From an uncultured bacterium (GTDB lineage: Bacteria > Zhuqueibacterota > QNDG01 > DTFT01): a stretch of 64,000 bases of DNA. The stretch spans positions 1 to 64,000 of the forward strand of contig CAVTNR010000027.1 in the NCBI GenBank assembly GCA_963736115.1, given 5' to 3'. Both the position numbers and the translations under genes were made by a program. Below the pieces are notes generated by a model that was not told the origin of the DNA, ran no database searches, and worked only from the letters and a program-made list of their open reading frames with translations. Below, one piece after another: positions 51,953 through 62,197 of this stretch; position 1 is the stretch's first letter, and every line of letters starts with the position of its first letter.

Positions 51953-53755
51953 TCAGGCGGCGGAGCCGGGGCGGGAAAACGCCAGACTGATCACCGCATC
52001 TCCAGACTGGGGTTTGAGTTCCGTGTCCCGCGTGAACACGGCAAGACCGCCCTTCTGCGATATAAGGAAAACGGGCAGATGCGTCGCCCTGTTCTGCAGG
52101 CGGAATGTTTCAAAATTGAACTGTTCCGTCAGATTCGTTATTCGGACGGACAGACGGTCGCGTCCGTCCGCTCCGATCCAGGCCGCGGGATCGGTTCCGG
52201 CCGGAAAAATCATTCTGCCGCGATGCTCGAAGGACACAGACTCGAACCTTCCGCCGGTGACATGCGGCAGCTGATAGATCTCGTTCCGCCCGAAAAGATC
52301 CCTGAAATGCTGGCATGCGAGGGCATTCAGTTCGTCGTTCGGCGTGAGCGCGATCAGCCGGCGGATGCGGGTCAGATTCATCTCCTCCTTGACGGATTCG
52401 GAAAGCACGCTGCCGGTAAAGACCGGAAGCCCCGAAAGACGGGCTCTCATGGCGTTGTCACGGTTGGTATCCACGCCGAGGACTGGAATGCCCTCCTTTT
52501 TAAGCGCCAGCGCCAGATCCAACGCCCATCCCTGCATGCCGACGAAAAGCACGCCCTGCGCATCGGCCTGAACCAGCCCCAGACGTTTTGCGAGCCATGG
52601 GGCCGACAGCCCGTATCCCATGACCGTGCACACGACCACGAAGAAACCGACGGGCGCGAATTGTTCCGCCTGCGGGTAATTCAGTCTCGCGAGCGAGATC
52701 GAAAAGATGGAGAGAACGGCCGCCGCCACGATTCCCCTGGGCGCCATGCCCGCGATGAACAACCGCCTCTGCAGTTTGAGCCGGGAGCCGAGCGTGGACA
52801 ACAGGACCGCGGCCGGCCGCGCCACGACAACGATCACGGCCAGGAAAAGCCATCCCCGGCCGCCGATGATCGAAAGGTCGGACAATTTCAGCCTGGAGGT
52901 GAGGAGCACGAAAAGGATGCCGACCAGCAGTGTTCCCACGGTCTCCTTGAATTCCAGAAGCCTCCGGATCGGGACCAGCCGCTGGTTGGCCATGATGACA
53001 CCCATGATGGTGACGGCGATCAGTCCGGATTCCTTCTGCAACTGGTTCGCCCCGGCGAACACGGTGATCACCGCCATGAGCACGGCCGCGTGCTGCAGGC
53101 TGTCCGGAATCCAGTACCGCTTCAGGGACAGGATCAGGAGACCGGCCGCCACGGCCCCGAACGCCGCGCCGACCACGGTGGTCATCAGAAGGCCCCGGGC
53201 GACTTCCCCGACATCCACCGTCATGGTTTCAATGCGGATCGCGTGAAACACCAGCACCGCCAGCACGGCGCCCATGGGATCCGACATGATGCCCTCCCAT
53301 TTGAGCAGGGAGCCGACCTGCCCCTGCAGGCGAAGCTGCCGCACGAGGGGAGTGATCACCGTCGGACCCGTGACGATGAGAATGGACCCGAAAAGAACGG
53401 ACAGGGGCCAGTTCCAGCCGAGGATCCATCTCGCCGCCAGCGCGCAGAGGCCCCCGTTCACCAGAACGCCGATGCTGAGCAGTTTCAGCAGCACGGGGCG
53501 GACCAGGCGGATTTGGCGGGCGTTCAGACCCAGTCCCCCCTCGAAGAGGATGATGGCCACCGAGATGGAGACTATCGCGAAAAGTCCGTCGCCCAGGAGC
53601 TCATCGGGACGGAGCAGGCCCAGGACGGGACCGGCCAGGAATCCGATGACCAGCAGGACCACGATCGAAGGGATTCGAAGCCTCCAGGCGATCCACTGAC
53701 CTGCGACGCCGAGCACGAGGAGACTGGACAGCGCCAGTACGATATTGTGGTTCAT
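51953..53755 (-). CDS. Cation:proton antiporter (CPA1/NhaP type) with C-terminal TrkA-N-like domain
   Basis: ILFEGGL, VTGPTVI, KWEGIMSDPMG, APRGIVAAAV, ALTPNDELN; GGAG RBS before MNHNIVL. Confidence 0.9.
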   Translation of the reverse strand: MNHNIVLALSSLLVLGVAGQWIAWRLRIPSIVVLLVIGFLAGPVLGLLRPDELLGDGLFAIVSISVAIILFEGGLGLNARQIRLVRPVLLKLLSIGVLVNGGLCALAARWILGWNWPLSVLFGSILIVTGPTVITPLVRQLRLQGQVGSLLKWEGIMSDPMGAVLAVLVFHAIRIETMTVDVGEVARGLLMTTVVGAAFGAVAAGLLILSLKRYWIPDSLQHAAVLMAVITVFAGANQLQKESGLIAVTIMGVIMANQRLVPIRRLLEFKETVGTLLVGILFVLLTSRLKLSDLSIIGGRGWLFLAVIVVVARPAAVLLSTLGSRLKLQRRLFIAGMAPRGIVAAAVLSIFSISLARLNYPQAEQFAPVGFFVVVCTVMGYGLSAPWLAKRLGLVQADAQGVLFVGMQGWALDLALALKKEGIPVLGVDTNRDNAMRARLSGLPVFTGSVLSESVKEEMNLTRIRRLIALTPNDELNALACQHFRDLFGRNEIYQLPHVTGGRFESVSFEHRGRMIFPAGTDPAAWIGADGRDRLSVRITNLTEQFNFETFRLQNRATHLPVFLISQKGGLAVFTRDTELKPQSGDAVISLAFSRPGSAA

Positions 53756-53980
53756 GGCTCCTGCCTTTATCATTCCGCTCCAGGACCGGTGCCGCATGGA
53801 GGTTTGGGCGTAAACCGCCACGCTTCGAGGTAGAAATATAAGACATCCGGAGAGAAGAAACAATTGGAAAGAGCGGCTTGAAACAACACCGCTCCTTCCA
53901 GGGAATGGATACATCACCACCTCCGCTCTCCGAGTTTCCGAAAACGGTCCTCCCATGCATTTTCCTGCCGGAGGGAACTG

Positions 53981-56239
53981 ATGAAAAAACGGAATCTGGA
54001 AATCCGCCTGGCCCGCGAGATGGACCTCATGGACGTCACGCTGATCGGCGTGGGCGCGATGATTGGAGCCGGCATTTTCGTGCTGACGGGGATCGCGGCC
54101 GGCGTGGCGGGCCCGTCGCTGATTCTGGCCTTCCTTCTCAACGGCCTGGTGGCGCTCCTCACCGCCATGGCCTATGCCGAGCTGGGTTCCTGCTACCATG
54201 ACGCGGGCGGCGGATACCTCTGGGTCAAGGAGGCGCTTCCGAAATGGAACGGATTCATCTCCGGGTGGATGAGCTGGTTCGCCCACGCCGTGGCATGCAG
54301 CCTCTACGCCCTGGGATTCGGAGCCTATTTCGAATTCGTGGTCCGTGAAATGGGCTGGTCGCTCCCCCACTGGGGGACGCTGTCACCCCAGAAGCTGCTG
54401 GCCGTGGCAGTCGCCGCGGTATTCGGATACGTCAATTACCGCGGCGCATCCGAAACCGGCAAGATCGGCAGCCTCGTCACCATGGCCAAAATCGCCATTC
54501 TGGCCGTGTTCGTGGGATTCGGCTTCAAGCTGGCGTGGGGCCGGCAAGGCGTGATGGAGGCCTTTTCCCCGTTCTTCGCCCACGGCTTCAGCGGCGTGCT
54601 TAAGGCGATGGGACTGACATTCATCGCGTTCCAGGGGTACGAGGTCATCGCACAGTGTTCGGAGGAAATCAAGGATCCCCGACGGAACATCCCCCGTGCG
54701 GTCTTTCTCTCCCTCCTGATCGTCGTGCCGATCTACCTCCTCGTGGCGGTTGTCGCCCTCGCCTCCGTGATACCGGACGGGATCACAGCCTGGGATTTCC
54801 TGGCCCGACACCGCGAAACCGCCCTCGTGGAGGTGGCGCGCGGATTCTTTCGGGGAGGCGGTGTTTTCATTCTCGTGGGCGGCCTGATCTCCACCGTGTC
54901 CGCCCTCAATGCCACGATCTTCTCCTCTTCACGGGTCGCCTTCGCCATGGGCCGGGACCGGAATTTCCCATCCTTTCTGGGATCGGTGCATCCCCGGCGC
55001 AACACCCCGCACTGGTCCATCCTTCTGTCCCTGATCATCATCGTGGGCATGGCGGTGTCCCTGCCGATCGAGGACGTGGCCAGCGCGGCGGACATCATGT
55101 TTCTCCTTTTATTTCTCCAGGTCAACCTGGCCATGATCCGTCTCCGGAAGAAGAGACCGGACCTGGACCGCGGATTCTCCACTCCCCTGTTTCCCTGGCT
55201 TTCCTGGGCCGGAATCGCGGCGCTTCTCTTTCTGGCCGTGTACATGGTCAACTACAGCCCGACTGCCTGGGCCATCACCGGTGTCTGGTTCGTCACCGGC
55301 CTCGGCGTGTACGGGGGATATGCCCGGAAGCGCGAGGTCGAGTATGCGCGGAAGGTCCGGGCGATCGACCGGTTGAGTCGGAAACAGTACGTCATTCTTG
55401 TGTGCGTGGACAATCCGAAGCGGGCCGCCGGGCTGGTCCGAATCGCTGTCGCGGTGGCCGAGCGCCACCAGGCATCCATCGTCTTTCTGCACGTGGTGGA
55501 GGCTGCCGGGGGAAGCCGGCTTCTGGAGACCGCCGAGATTCCGGAGTACGTGGACCCGATGCTGGCGGAAATGGAGAGAACCGCCGGCCGCTACGGCATC
55601 CGGTCCCGTTCGGTCGTTGAATTGTCGCACCGTGTCTCCCGCGGAATCGTCGATACGGCCCTGGAGGAGGACTGCAACTTCATCCTTCTGGGCCGCGATC
55701 AGCACCCCACGTTTCTGGACGACATTTTTTCCTCACTGGTCGATACCGTGCTTCACGAAGCCCCGAGCGAGGTGGCGGTGCTGCATGGCAGCCTCGGCGG
55801 TTCGCCCGTCCGGAACGTCCTCCTCCCCTTCAGCGGCGATATCCACACGACGCTCGCCGCGGAAATCGCACCCGCGCTGATCGACCATTTCGGATGCAGG
55901 CTTCACCTGCTGGCCGTCCTTCCGCCGGATCTGGCTCCCTCGGATCGGCGGGAAAAAACCGCGGCGGTTCAGCGGGCCGTCCGTGATAACCGGCTCAGCG
56001 CGAATCTCGTCACGGTTGAGGCCTGGGACGTCGTGAAAGCGGTTCAGCAGCATGCGCGGCACATGGATCTGCTGGTCCTCGGCGCGCATTCAGGCGGATT
56101 CTGGCGGCTGCTGCTCGGCCGGTCGCTCGCGCAGGACATCACCGAGCAGGTGGGCTGCCCGGTGCTCTGGATCAAGGAATTCGAGGATCGTCAACCGTTC
56201 TGGCGGAGCGTATTGCGGCCGTACGCAGAAAAGGAGTGA
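53981..56239 (+). CDS. APC-family amino acid permease with two C-terminal universal-stress-protein-like domains
   Basis: IGVGAMIGAGIF, YAELGS, FIAFQGYE, SEEIKDP; USP-like ILVCV..LHVV and DLLVLG..CPVL. Confidence 0.92.
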   Translation: MKKRNLEIRLAREMDLMDVTLIGVGAMIGAGIFVLTGIAAGVAGPSLILAFLLNGLVALLTAMAYAELGSCYHDAGGGYLWVKEALPKWNGFISGWMSWFAHAVACSLYALGFGAYFEFVVREMGWSLPHWGTLSPQKLLAVAVAAVFGYVNYRGASETGKIGSLVTMAKIAILAVFVGFGFKLAWGRQGVMEAFSPFFAHGFSGVLKAMGLTFIAFQGYEVIAQCSEEIKDPRRNIPRAVFLSLLIVVPIYLLVAVVALASVIPDGITAWDFLARHRETALVEVARGFFRGGGVFILVGGLISTVSALNATIFSSSRVAFAMGRDRNFPSFLGSVHPRRNTPHWSILLSLIIIVGMAVSLPIEDVASAADIMFLLLFLQVNLAMIRLRKKRPDLDRGFSTPLFPWLSWAGIAALLFLAVYMVNYSPTAWAITGVWFVTGLGVYGGYARKREVEYARKVRAIDRLSRKQYVILVCVDNPKRAAGLVRIAVAVAERHQASIVFLHVVEAAGGSRLLETAEIPEYVDPMLAEMERTAGRYGIRSRSVVELSHRVSRGIVDTALEEDCNFILLGRDQHPTFLDDIFSSLVDTVLHEAPSEVAVLHGSLGGSPVRNVLLPFSGDIHTTLAAEIAPALIDHFGCRLHLLAVLPPDLAPSDRREKTAAVQRAVRDNRLSANLVTVEAWDVVKAVQQHARHMDLLVLGAHSGGFWRLLLGRSLAQDITEQVGCPVLWIKEFEDRQPFWRSVLRPYAEKE

Positions 56240-56242
56240 TGC

Positions 56243-56911
56243 ATGGAATCCGCATCGAATGAGACATTCAGCACCCTGTTCCGAAGCGTGATCGATTTCC
56301 TCCCGAACATCATATCCGGACTGGCGGTCGTTCTCACCGGGAGCCTGATCGCCTGGTTCTTCAAGCGCCTGACGATCCGCCTGGGCTGGGCGCTCCGGCT
56401 CGAAAGGAATCTCACGCGGTATCGATGGGGCCAGGACTTCACCAAGGCGGACGTCCGCTACGGCCTGTACGTCTTCGCCGGGAACCTGATGTTCCTGGTG
56501 GTGTTCATTTTCTTCCTGGACAGCGCGTTCCGGCTGTGGCGGCTCCATATGCTCTCCCAGATTCTGGAGCAGGGAATTTTTTATCTTCCGAAGCTCGCGA
56601 TCGCGCTTCTGGCCTTCTTCGCCGGATGGCTGATCGCGGCGGCCGCCTCCCGCCGCGTCCAGAGAGCGCTCCAGAGGGAAGAGGTGCCAAAGGCGACGCT
56701 GGTCGCCCGAGTCGTCCATGCGGTGTTGATACTCTTCTTCTCGGCCATTGCCCTAGTCGAATTGAACGTGGCGAAGACGATTGTGGTAATCGGATTCACG
56801 ACCGTCTTCGTGACGCTGGGGGCCATGGCCGTCGTTTCCGTGGCCGTTCTGGGGCGGCCGCTCGTTGAAAACCGGAGTCCCGTTCCGCGTCGCGGCACGA
56901 GGCGCAAATGA
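56243..56911 (+). CDS. TM-helix-repeat membrane protein (MscS TM/CmpX-like, no channel C-domain)
   Basis: FLPNIISG..GSLIA and YLPKLAIA..GWLIA repeats. Confidence 0.75.
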   Translation: MESASNETFSTLFRSVIDFLPNIISGLAVVLTGSLIAWFFKRLTIRLGWALRLERNLTRYRWGQDFTKADVRYGLYVFAGNLMFLVVFIFFLDSAFRLWRLHMLSQILEQGIFYLPKLAIALLAFFAGWLIAAAASRRVQRALQREEVPKATLVARVVHAVLILFFSAIALVELNVAKTIVVIGFTTVFVTLGAMAVVSVAVLGRPLVENRSPVPRRGTRRK

Positions 56912-58338
56912 AGAAACGGAACAGCACCGTTCGGGACGCCAAGCCGCCGGCCGTCATGCGGGCGGGAAGCCGACTGCACGGACCGGTCCCCGCACCGGAA
57001 GGCGGTTTCGCCGCCCTACTGCTCCGGGGAAACCGGGCGGATCTCGAAACGCACCTGAACCGCCTGAAGCCCGCGGAGACGGCCTTGCTGGTCGCCCGTC
57101 TCGACGATGAGGAGCGGGAACGGCTGTTCCGAATCCTCGAACCCGGCCAGGCGGCCGATGTGATCCGCGACCTGACGGATGAACAGGCGGCGGACGTCAT
57201 CGAGGATCTTGACACGTCCCACGCTGCGTCGATCGTCGAGCGGCTAGCGGACGACGAGCGGGCCGATGTACTCGGCGATATACCGAACCGCAGGGCCAGG
57301 GCGATCCTCAGGAAACTGCCCCTGTGGAAGGCCGCCCAGACACGCAGGCTGATGGCCTATCCCGACGCCACGGCCGGCGGTCTCATGACCAGCGATTTTG
57401 TGGCGTTTCCGCAATACTGGACGGTGCGTCGGACCATCCGGACGCTCCGCCGGAACCATGCGCGATACGCACGCTTCGATGTGCAATACGTGTACGTGCG
57501 CGACCATCTCGGGAGGCTGGCCGGCATCCTTCGTCTCCGCGACCTGCTGCTCGCTCCGGAACAGTCGGTCCTGTCCGATCTGATGCTCCGGGAAACCGTC
57601 CTCGTCCGAACCGACGAACCCATGGAAGGGCTGATTCCGCTTTTCCGTGAACGGGGATTCATGGGGCTCCCCGTGGTCGACCGCCGGCGCCGGATACTCG
57701 GCGTCGTGACGCGGCAAAGCGCCTTCGAGGCGCTCGGCGACGACTCCCAGCGCCAGTTCCTCAAGATGAGCGGCATTCTCGGGGGCGAGGAATTCCGGGG
57801 CATGCCGTTCCGGCGCCGCGCAGGCCGGAGGCTCTCCTGGCTGGGCATCAACGTGCTCCTCAATATTCTCGCCGCCAGCGTCATTGCGGCGAACCAGGAC
57901 ATCCTGTCCGCCGCGGTCGTGCTCGCAGTTTTTCTGCCGATCATTTCGGACATGAGCGGCTGTTCCGGAAATCAGGCCGTGGCCGTGAGCATCCGTGAGC
58001 TCAGCCTCGGCCTGATCCGTCCCCGCGAGGTGGCAAGGGTCCTCGGCAAGGAAATCGGACTAGGCGCGGTTAACGGAACCGTGCTGGGAGGCCTGGTAGC
58101 GCTTGCGGCTTTCCTGTGGAAGGGGAACGCCTGTCTGGGACTCGTCGTCGGGTCCGCCCTTGCGTTGAACACCATGCTGTCGGTCTGCCTCGGCGGCGTT
58201 CTGCCGCTCCTCCTCCGGCGGTTCCGGATGGACCCGGCACTTGCCTCCGGACCGATTCTGACCACGCTCACCGATATGGCCGGATTTTTTATGGTCCTCC
58301 GATTCGCGGGGCTTGTACTGCCGCGTCTGGCTGGATAA
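56908..58338 (+). CDS. mgtE: Magnesium transporter MgtE
   Basis: TAGGLMT, CBS pair, DMSGCSGNQA, DPALASGPILTTLTD. Confidence 0.95.
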   Translation: MKKRNSTVRDAKPPAVMRAGSRLHGPVPAPEGGFAALLLRGNRADLETHLNRLKPAETALLVARLDDEERERLFRILEPGQAADVIRDLTDEQAADVIEDLDTSHAASIVERLADDERADVLGDIPNRRARAILRKLPLWKAAQTRRLMAYPDATAGGLMTSDFVAFPQYWTVRRTIRTLRRNHARYARFDVQYVYVRDHLGRLAGILRLRDLLLAPEQSVLSDLMLRETVLVRTDEPMEGLIPLFRERGFMGLPVVDRRRRILGVVTRQSAFEALGDDSQRQFLKMSGILGGEEFRGMPFRRRAGRRLSWLGINVLLNILAASVIAANQDILSAAVVLAVFLPIISDMSGCSGNQAVAVSIRELSLGLIRPREVARVLGKEIGLGAVNGTVLGGLVALAAFLWKGNACLGLVVGSALALNTMLSVCLGGVLPLLLRRFRMDPALASGPILTTLTDMAGFFMVLRFAGLVLPRLAG

Positions 58339-58447
58339 AAAAAGGAAAGTCCGGCTCGAGCGGTCGCGGATACTCGCGACCCGCTGAAAATTTCTCTTGA
58401 AACCGGCGGGATTTTGCGTTATTTTAGCGTTGCATCATCGTTGACGC

Positions 58448-59674
58448 ATGATCGGAAGAGCCGGCTTGACCTATAAATCCGCGATCCGAAACGCCTACTT
58501 TTTCGGAATTTTCGCCCTGGGCGCATCGACTCCCTTTCTGCCCGTTTTTCTCAAGGAACGCCTCGGATTCGACAACCGGGAACTGGCCCTCATCCTCATG
58601 GTGCGGCCGGCCATGGCGCTTCTGGGTCAGCCGTTCTGGAGCTGGCGGGCCGATTCCGCGAGGAGCCGGACGCGCCTGGCCGCGACAGCGAGCGTGTTGT
58701 CCGCCCTCTGCTTCCCCCTCGTCCTGGCGGGACATCGTTTTTCCGCCGTACTCCTGTTCATGGCCATTTCCGCGTTTTTCTTCATGCCGTTCAACTCGAT
58801 GAGTGACACGATCACCTTCGATTATCTGGGCGCGTCCCGACGGAATCATTTCGGGAGCTTCCGCATCTTCGCGTCGCTCGGATTTTTCGCGGCCGTCATT
58901 CTCTCCGGGCCCCTGTACGACAGGCTCGGCCTGCGCTGGCTCTTTCTACTGTTTTCGCTGGGCATGCTGGTTTCGGCGGGTTTCATTCGAAAGGTTCCCT
59001 CCCGCCGCCGTGAAGCGCGGCAATCCGGCGACTGGCTGCCCCTGTTCGCTTTTCTCCGCAGGCGGAACGTGCTGTTTTTCATCCTGGCGGTTCTCGTATC
59101 CGAGACGGCGAACCAGATGGCGTACGTTTTTCTCAGCGTATACGCCAAATCGCTTGGAGCGAACAACGCCCAGACGGGATGGATCTGGGCGACGGCCACG
59201 GGCATGGAAATGATCACCATGGCTTTCATGCCGGTCATCATCCGCCGCGTTGGACTGAAGAACGTTCTCGTGCTGGGAACCTTTTTCGTGCTGTTCCGAT
59301 GGATGCCCTTCGCCTTCGTCCATGACTGGTGGATGCTCCTGCCCTTCCAGTGCTTCCACATCATCACGCTCACTTTCGTGTACGTGGGCGCGGCGATTTT
59401 CATGGACGCCGAGGCTTCGCCGGCGATCCGTTTCTCGGCTCAGGCATTTTTCAGCACCTTCGTGCTGAACGGAGCCGCCCTGTTCGGCACCCTGCTCGGC
59501 GGCCTGATCAGCCAGCGGCACGGGTACGGCCCGATTTTTTTCGTGTCCGGGGCGCTCGGTGTCGTTTCCGCGGCCGTGATGGCGGTCTTCGTCCGCAACC
59601 CGAGCCGCATCCATCTGCCGGGGGGAGAGAGTGCGCTCCGGCCACAGACCGACCATCGGCCGGCCCGTTCCTGA
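58448..59674 (+). CDS. MFS transporter (MFS_1-like/HcaT type)
   Basis: About 12 TMs; QPFWSWRAD, FGSFRIFASLGF; TTGAAA-17-TATTTT at 58397-58425. Confidence 0.88.
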   Translation: MIGRAGLTYKSAIRNAYFFGIFALGASTPFLPVFLKERLGFDNRELALILMVRPAMALLGQPFWSWRADSARSRTRLAATASVLSALCFPLVLAGHRFSAVLLFMAISAFFFMPFNSMSDTITFDYLGASRRNHFGSFRIFASLGFFAAVILSGPLYDRLGLRWLFLLFSLGMLVSAGFIRKVPSRRREARQSGDWLPLFAFLRRRNVLFFILAVLVSETANQMAYVFLSVYAKSLGANNAQTGWIWATATGMEMITMAFMPVIIRRVGLKNVLVLGTFFVLFRWMPFAFVHDWWMLLPFQCFHIITLTFVYVGAAIFMDAEASPAIRFSAQAFFSTFVLNGAALFGTLLGGLISQRHGYGPIFFVSGALGVVSAAVMAVFVRNPSRIHLPGGESALRPQTDHRPARS

Positions 59675-59805
59675 CCCGGACGGCCCGGACAAACCTGCGG
59701 GTGAGTGCCGCCGAAAATTAATGATAATGGGAAAAAAATACGGAAGGCCGATCAGGGCAGGGCGTTAAAAGAAGGTTCCCTCTCTGCAGACCGATTTTTG
59801 CGTCG

Positions 59806-60900
59806 TCACTGTTGAACGGTTTTTCTTTCCGAATGCAACACCTGCTCCGCAGCATCAAGCAGATCTCCGGCGATCCAGTCCGGTTTAATGTCGTACTCGC
59901 CGTCCTTTCCGCCGAATCCCGTGCGGACAATAACGGTTTTCATCCCCGCCCGCCTCCCGGTCTCGATGTCGGATGTCTTGTCGCCGATCATCACGCTCCG
60001 CGTCAGATCCAGATTCAGATCCTCCGCTGCCCGGCGAATCAGAGCCTGTCCGGGTTTCCGGCAATCGCATTTCTCGGATTTGCTATGGGGGCAGAAATAG
60101 ACCTTGTCGACCAGGATACCCGCTGCGGACACCTGCTTGAACAGGGCCCGGTTCACCCGGTAGAAATCCTCTTTCGAATAATAGCCTATTCCGATCCCCG
60201 GCTGGTTCGTAATCAGTACAATGCGATAGCCCATGTCCTGGAACCGTTTCATCCCCTCCAGGGCGTTCGGCAGTACGCGGATCCGCTCCGGTTCGTGCAG
60301 ATACTCGGCCTCTTCGATGACGGTCCCGTCCCGGTCCAGGAAAACCGCGGGCGACCGTTTCGCGGGTCGGTGCTCGATGTGCGAGGCGCCCTCCCGCTCC
60401 ACGATCGTTTCAGGCGGCCGGCCGCCGGACGCGAGAATGCGGCCGATCACGTCCGAGGAGGACACTTCCTCGGTGACCGGAATGAGACGGATCTCTCCCC
60501 CGAAGGAGTCCAGCACATCGGACGAAGTGAGTTTTTCCGGACTGTAGTCGCCGGCCTTGATGTAAAACCGGGGTTTCAGGGCTTCCAGGTTGGCCCGGTT
60601 CCTCCGCTCGTCGAAGAGAAAAACGTAATCGACGGATTCGAGGGCGGCTACGAGCTTGAGCCTTTGTGATTCAGGAATAACCGGCCGGTCCGGTCCCTTG
60701 TACTCGCGCACGGAACGATCTGAATTCACGCCCACGACCAAAACGTCGCACAGCGCTTTCGCCTTCTCGAGGTAATCGGCGTGCCCCGCGTGCAGCAGGT
60801 CGAACGCGCCGGATGTGAAGCTGACTGTTTTACCCCGCGACCGGAGGGATTCGCAGACCCGGACGAGTTCGTCCCGGCTCTTGATTTTTTGTTCGATCAT
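59806..60900 (-). CDS. Fused heptose-1-phosphate adenylyltransferase (RfaE domain II/HldC) and D,D-heptose-1,7-bisphosphate phosphatase (GmhB)
   Basis: GAFDLLHAGH, VGVNSDRSV, KAGDY; then FLDRDGTV, ITNQ, CPH..CDCRKP, IGDKTSD. Confidence 0.9.
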   Translation of the reverse strand: MIEQKIKSRDELVRVCESLRSRGKTVSFTSGAFDLLHAGHADYLEKAKALCDVLVVGVNSDRSVREYKGPDRPVIPESQRLKLVAALESVDYVFLFDERRNRANLEALKPRFYIKAGDYSPEKLTSSDVLDSFGGEIRLIPVTEEVSSSDVIGRILASGGRPPETIVEREGASHIEHRPAKRSPAVFLDRDGTVIEEAEYLHEPERIRVLPNALEGMKRFQDMGYRIVLITNQPGIGIGYYSKEDFYRVNRALFKQVSAAGILVDKVYFCPHSKSEKCDCRKPGQALIRRAAEDLNLDLTRSVMIGDKTSDIETGRRAGMKTVIVRTGFGGKDGEYDIKPDWIAGDLLDAAEQVLHSERKTVQQ

Positions 60901-60927
60901 GGACCACGCCTCCGGAAGTCCGGTAGT

Positions 60928-62037
60928 TCAGGCTGAAACCGCCTGCCCCCGGCTCCTGAGTTCATCTTTCAGCCGCCGTGTGGCGTCCTGTATCTTTCCG
61001 AAATCCAGCCCGGTCTCCCGGCACATCTCCGTGACCAGTTCAAATTGAACCGTATTCTCCGTCCGGATCCGTTGCAGCGCCTGCTCGCGGGTCATGAGTC
61101 CCTCGCGTATCATACTGCTGAACAGGTCGTCCTTTTCGGAGAAATCGAACAGCTCCATGAATATCCAATGCTTCAGGAAAGCCAGCTTGCAGTCGAACCG
61201 CCACGGGGATGAGACATTTTCCGGTTTTCGCCACCCCAGTTCCGTCTCGATGATCCGATGTATTTCCGCCTCGTCGAATCCGACATAGTCCAGGTAATCC
61301 ACCTTGATCTGGTCGGAATAGAAAAGCTTCTGCATAACCGGGAACGGCAGGTACTGATACAGGAAGGCCCGGCCTTCCGCTGTCATGCACGGCGGACTTT
61401 TAAAATAGCGGGGATTGACCGCGAGATCCCGCACCAGATTGCCGACCAGACCCAGCGGATTCCGCCGATCCCGGCGGGACCCGGCACCGGCCAGTGCATA
61501 CTTGAAATGGGCTTCCTCCACGCCCCCGGCTCCGGTGACGATCAGCGAAATTCCCTTTTTTTTCGCCGTTTTGCGGAGGCCGATCTCGATATTCCCGTTG
61601 CATATCGTGCAGGTCAGCATGATGAAACCGAGGGACGGTTTTTCCGTCCATGCTTCAAAATTGTGCTTCAGGCATTTCAGAAGCGATCCGCCCCGATCGA
61701 CGTGAAAATCGACCCCCATGGCCTCGGTCATGTTTTTCATGTTTAAAACCGCGGTTTCCGGAACGAGCCCGTTGTCGATGAAATACGCCAGCACTTTCAT
61801 CTTATGGACACGGACCAGCTGGTGCAGAACATAAGCGCTGTCCCGCCCACCGCTGATCCCCACGATCGCATCGTACGGCTGATGCTTCGCTTTCTGTTTC
61901 TCGATTACCGCATCAAGCGCCTCCCGGCCCAAGAACTGCTTCTTCCGGTGGGAAGCGCAGAAACAGCATGTCCCCTGCTCGTTGTATTCGATTCCCGGAT
62001 ACGTTTCCGGAAGGATGCATGAACTGCAGCGTTGCAC
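60928..62037 (-). CDS. N-acetyl sugar amidotransferase-like (WbpG-type) PP-loop ATPase
   Basis: RCSSCILP..CCFC, YDAIVGISGGRDS, ELGW..DC, IREGLMTREQAL; GTG start after AGGAGG. Confidence 0.82.
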   Translation of the reverse strand: MQRCSSCILPETYPGIEYNEQGTCCFCASHRKKQFLGREALDAVIEKQKAKHQPYDAIVGISGGRDSAYVLHQLVRVHKMKVLAYFIDNGLVPETAVLNMKNMTEAMGVDFHVDRGGSLLKCLKHNFEAWTEKPSLGFIMLTCTICNGNIEIGLRKTAKKKGISLIVTGAGGVEEAHFKYALAGAGSRRDRRNPLGLVGNLVRDLAVNPRYFKSPPCMTAEGRAFLYQYLPFPVMQKLFYSDQIKVDYLDYVGFDEAEIHRIIETELGWRKPENVSSPWRFDCKLAFLKHWIFMELFDFSEKDDLFSSMIREGLMTREQALQRIRTENTVQFELVTEMCRETGLDFGKIQDATRRLKDELRSRGQAVSA

Positions 62038-62197
62038 GAAATTCCTCCTATTCGGATCATGGATAGGACCGGCCGGGACCGGGTTGGGAAAATGTACGAA
62101 AAATCAGTTCCGAAAACAATGTGAAAACGCCGCCGATTTCGCCGATCCGTCCTCTGAGGGATAAAACGATAAAAAGGAAGCGTTGAAAAAGTCCGGA

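Noticed and set aside
51920-53833. 637-aa plus-strand ORF
   Set aside because: Antisense shadow of the CPA1 antiporter
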